This document shows, piece by piece, positions 63,846-64,000 of a stretch of DNA of 64,000 nt. The position numbers and the translations under genes were made by a program. This DNA is from Epiperipatus broadwayi (lineage: Eukaryota; Animalia; Onychophora). The notes beneath the pieces are model-generated. The model was given only the letters and a program-made list of their open reading frames with translations, was not told where the DNA came from and did not search any database. The DNA lies in contig JAQFVV010000002.1 of assembly GCA_028023455.1 (NCBI GenBank), positions 28,086,001 through 28,150,000 of the forward strand, read 5' to 3'. Positions within the stretch are counted from its first letter, which is position 1. Every line of letters begins with the position of its first letter.

Positions 63846-64000
63846 ATATTCCTATTCAAAACAAAATAAATTCAAATCATTTGAGCATTTCCAAGAGCAG
63901 AACATTGGATGAACATAGATTAGTACACTCCAACATTAAAATAATAAGTGCATTAAAAATAGATCTTATTCTATATTCACAAGACAATTGGTATTTGTTC

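Overview
Very AT-rich eukaryotic DNA, most likely an invertebrate animal (inferred from the TE repertoire; the species cannot be determined). It is almost entirely transposon-derived, with a few small spliced host exons: a DMAC1/DUF4536-like exon on the minus strand and several unidentified exons. Retroelements: a degraded APE-RT LINE with (CATCA)n tails, a full-length but frameshifted Tx1/L1-clade element with a 15-bp TSD, an RTE fragment, and three Penelope-like (PLE) lineages. DNA elements: hAT/Buster MITEs with 8-bp TSDs (one resembles SPIN/URR1), hAT transposase remnants and a pogo-like complex. The main signal is a set of minimal type I hammerhead ribozymes in at least five unrelated sequence families. 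The best case is a non-coding ~445-nt unit (family A) found in 7 well-defined insertions plus one degenerate copy. Each is a head-to-head foldback, usually with a 9-16-bp TSD. Some are nearly 3 units long and read seamlessly through the ribozyme cleavage site. This fits a retrozyme-like circular or multimeric RNA copied by PLE machinery with two priming events. Also notable: a hammerhead with an A3-U8 compensatory core, a possible split hammerhead with a core-less substrate module, and a hammerhead linked to a tRNA-like B box. All structures were read by eye; no folding, alignment or database search was run.
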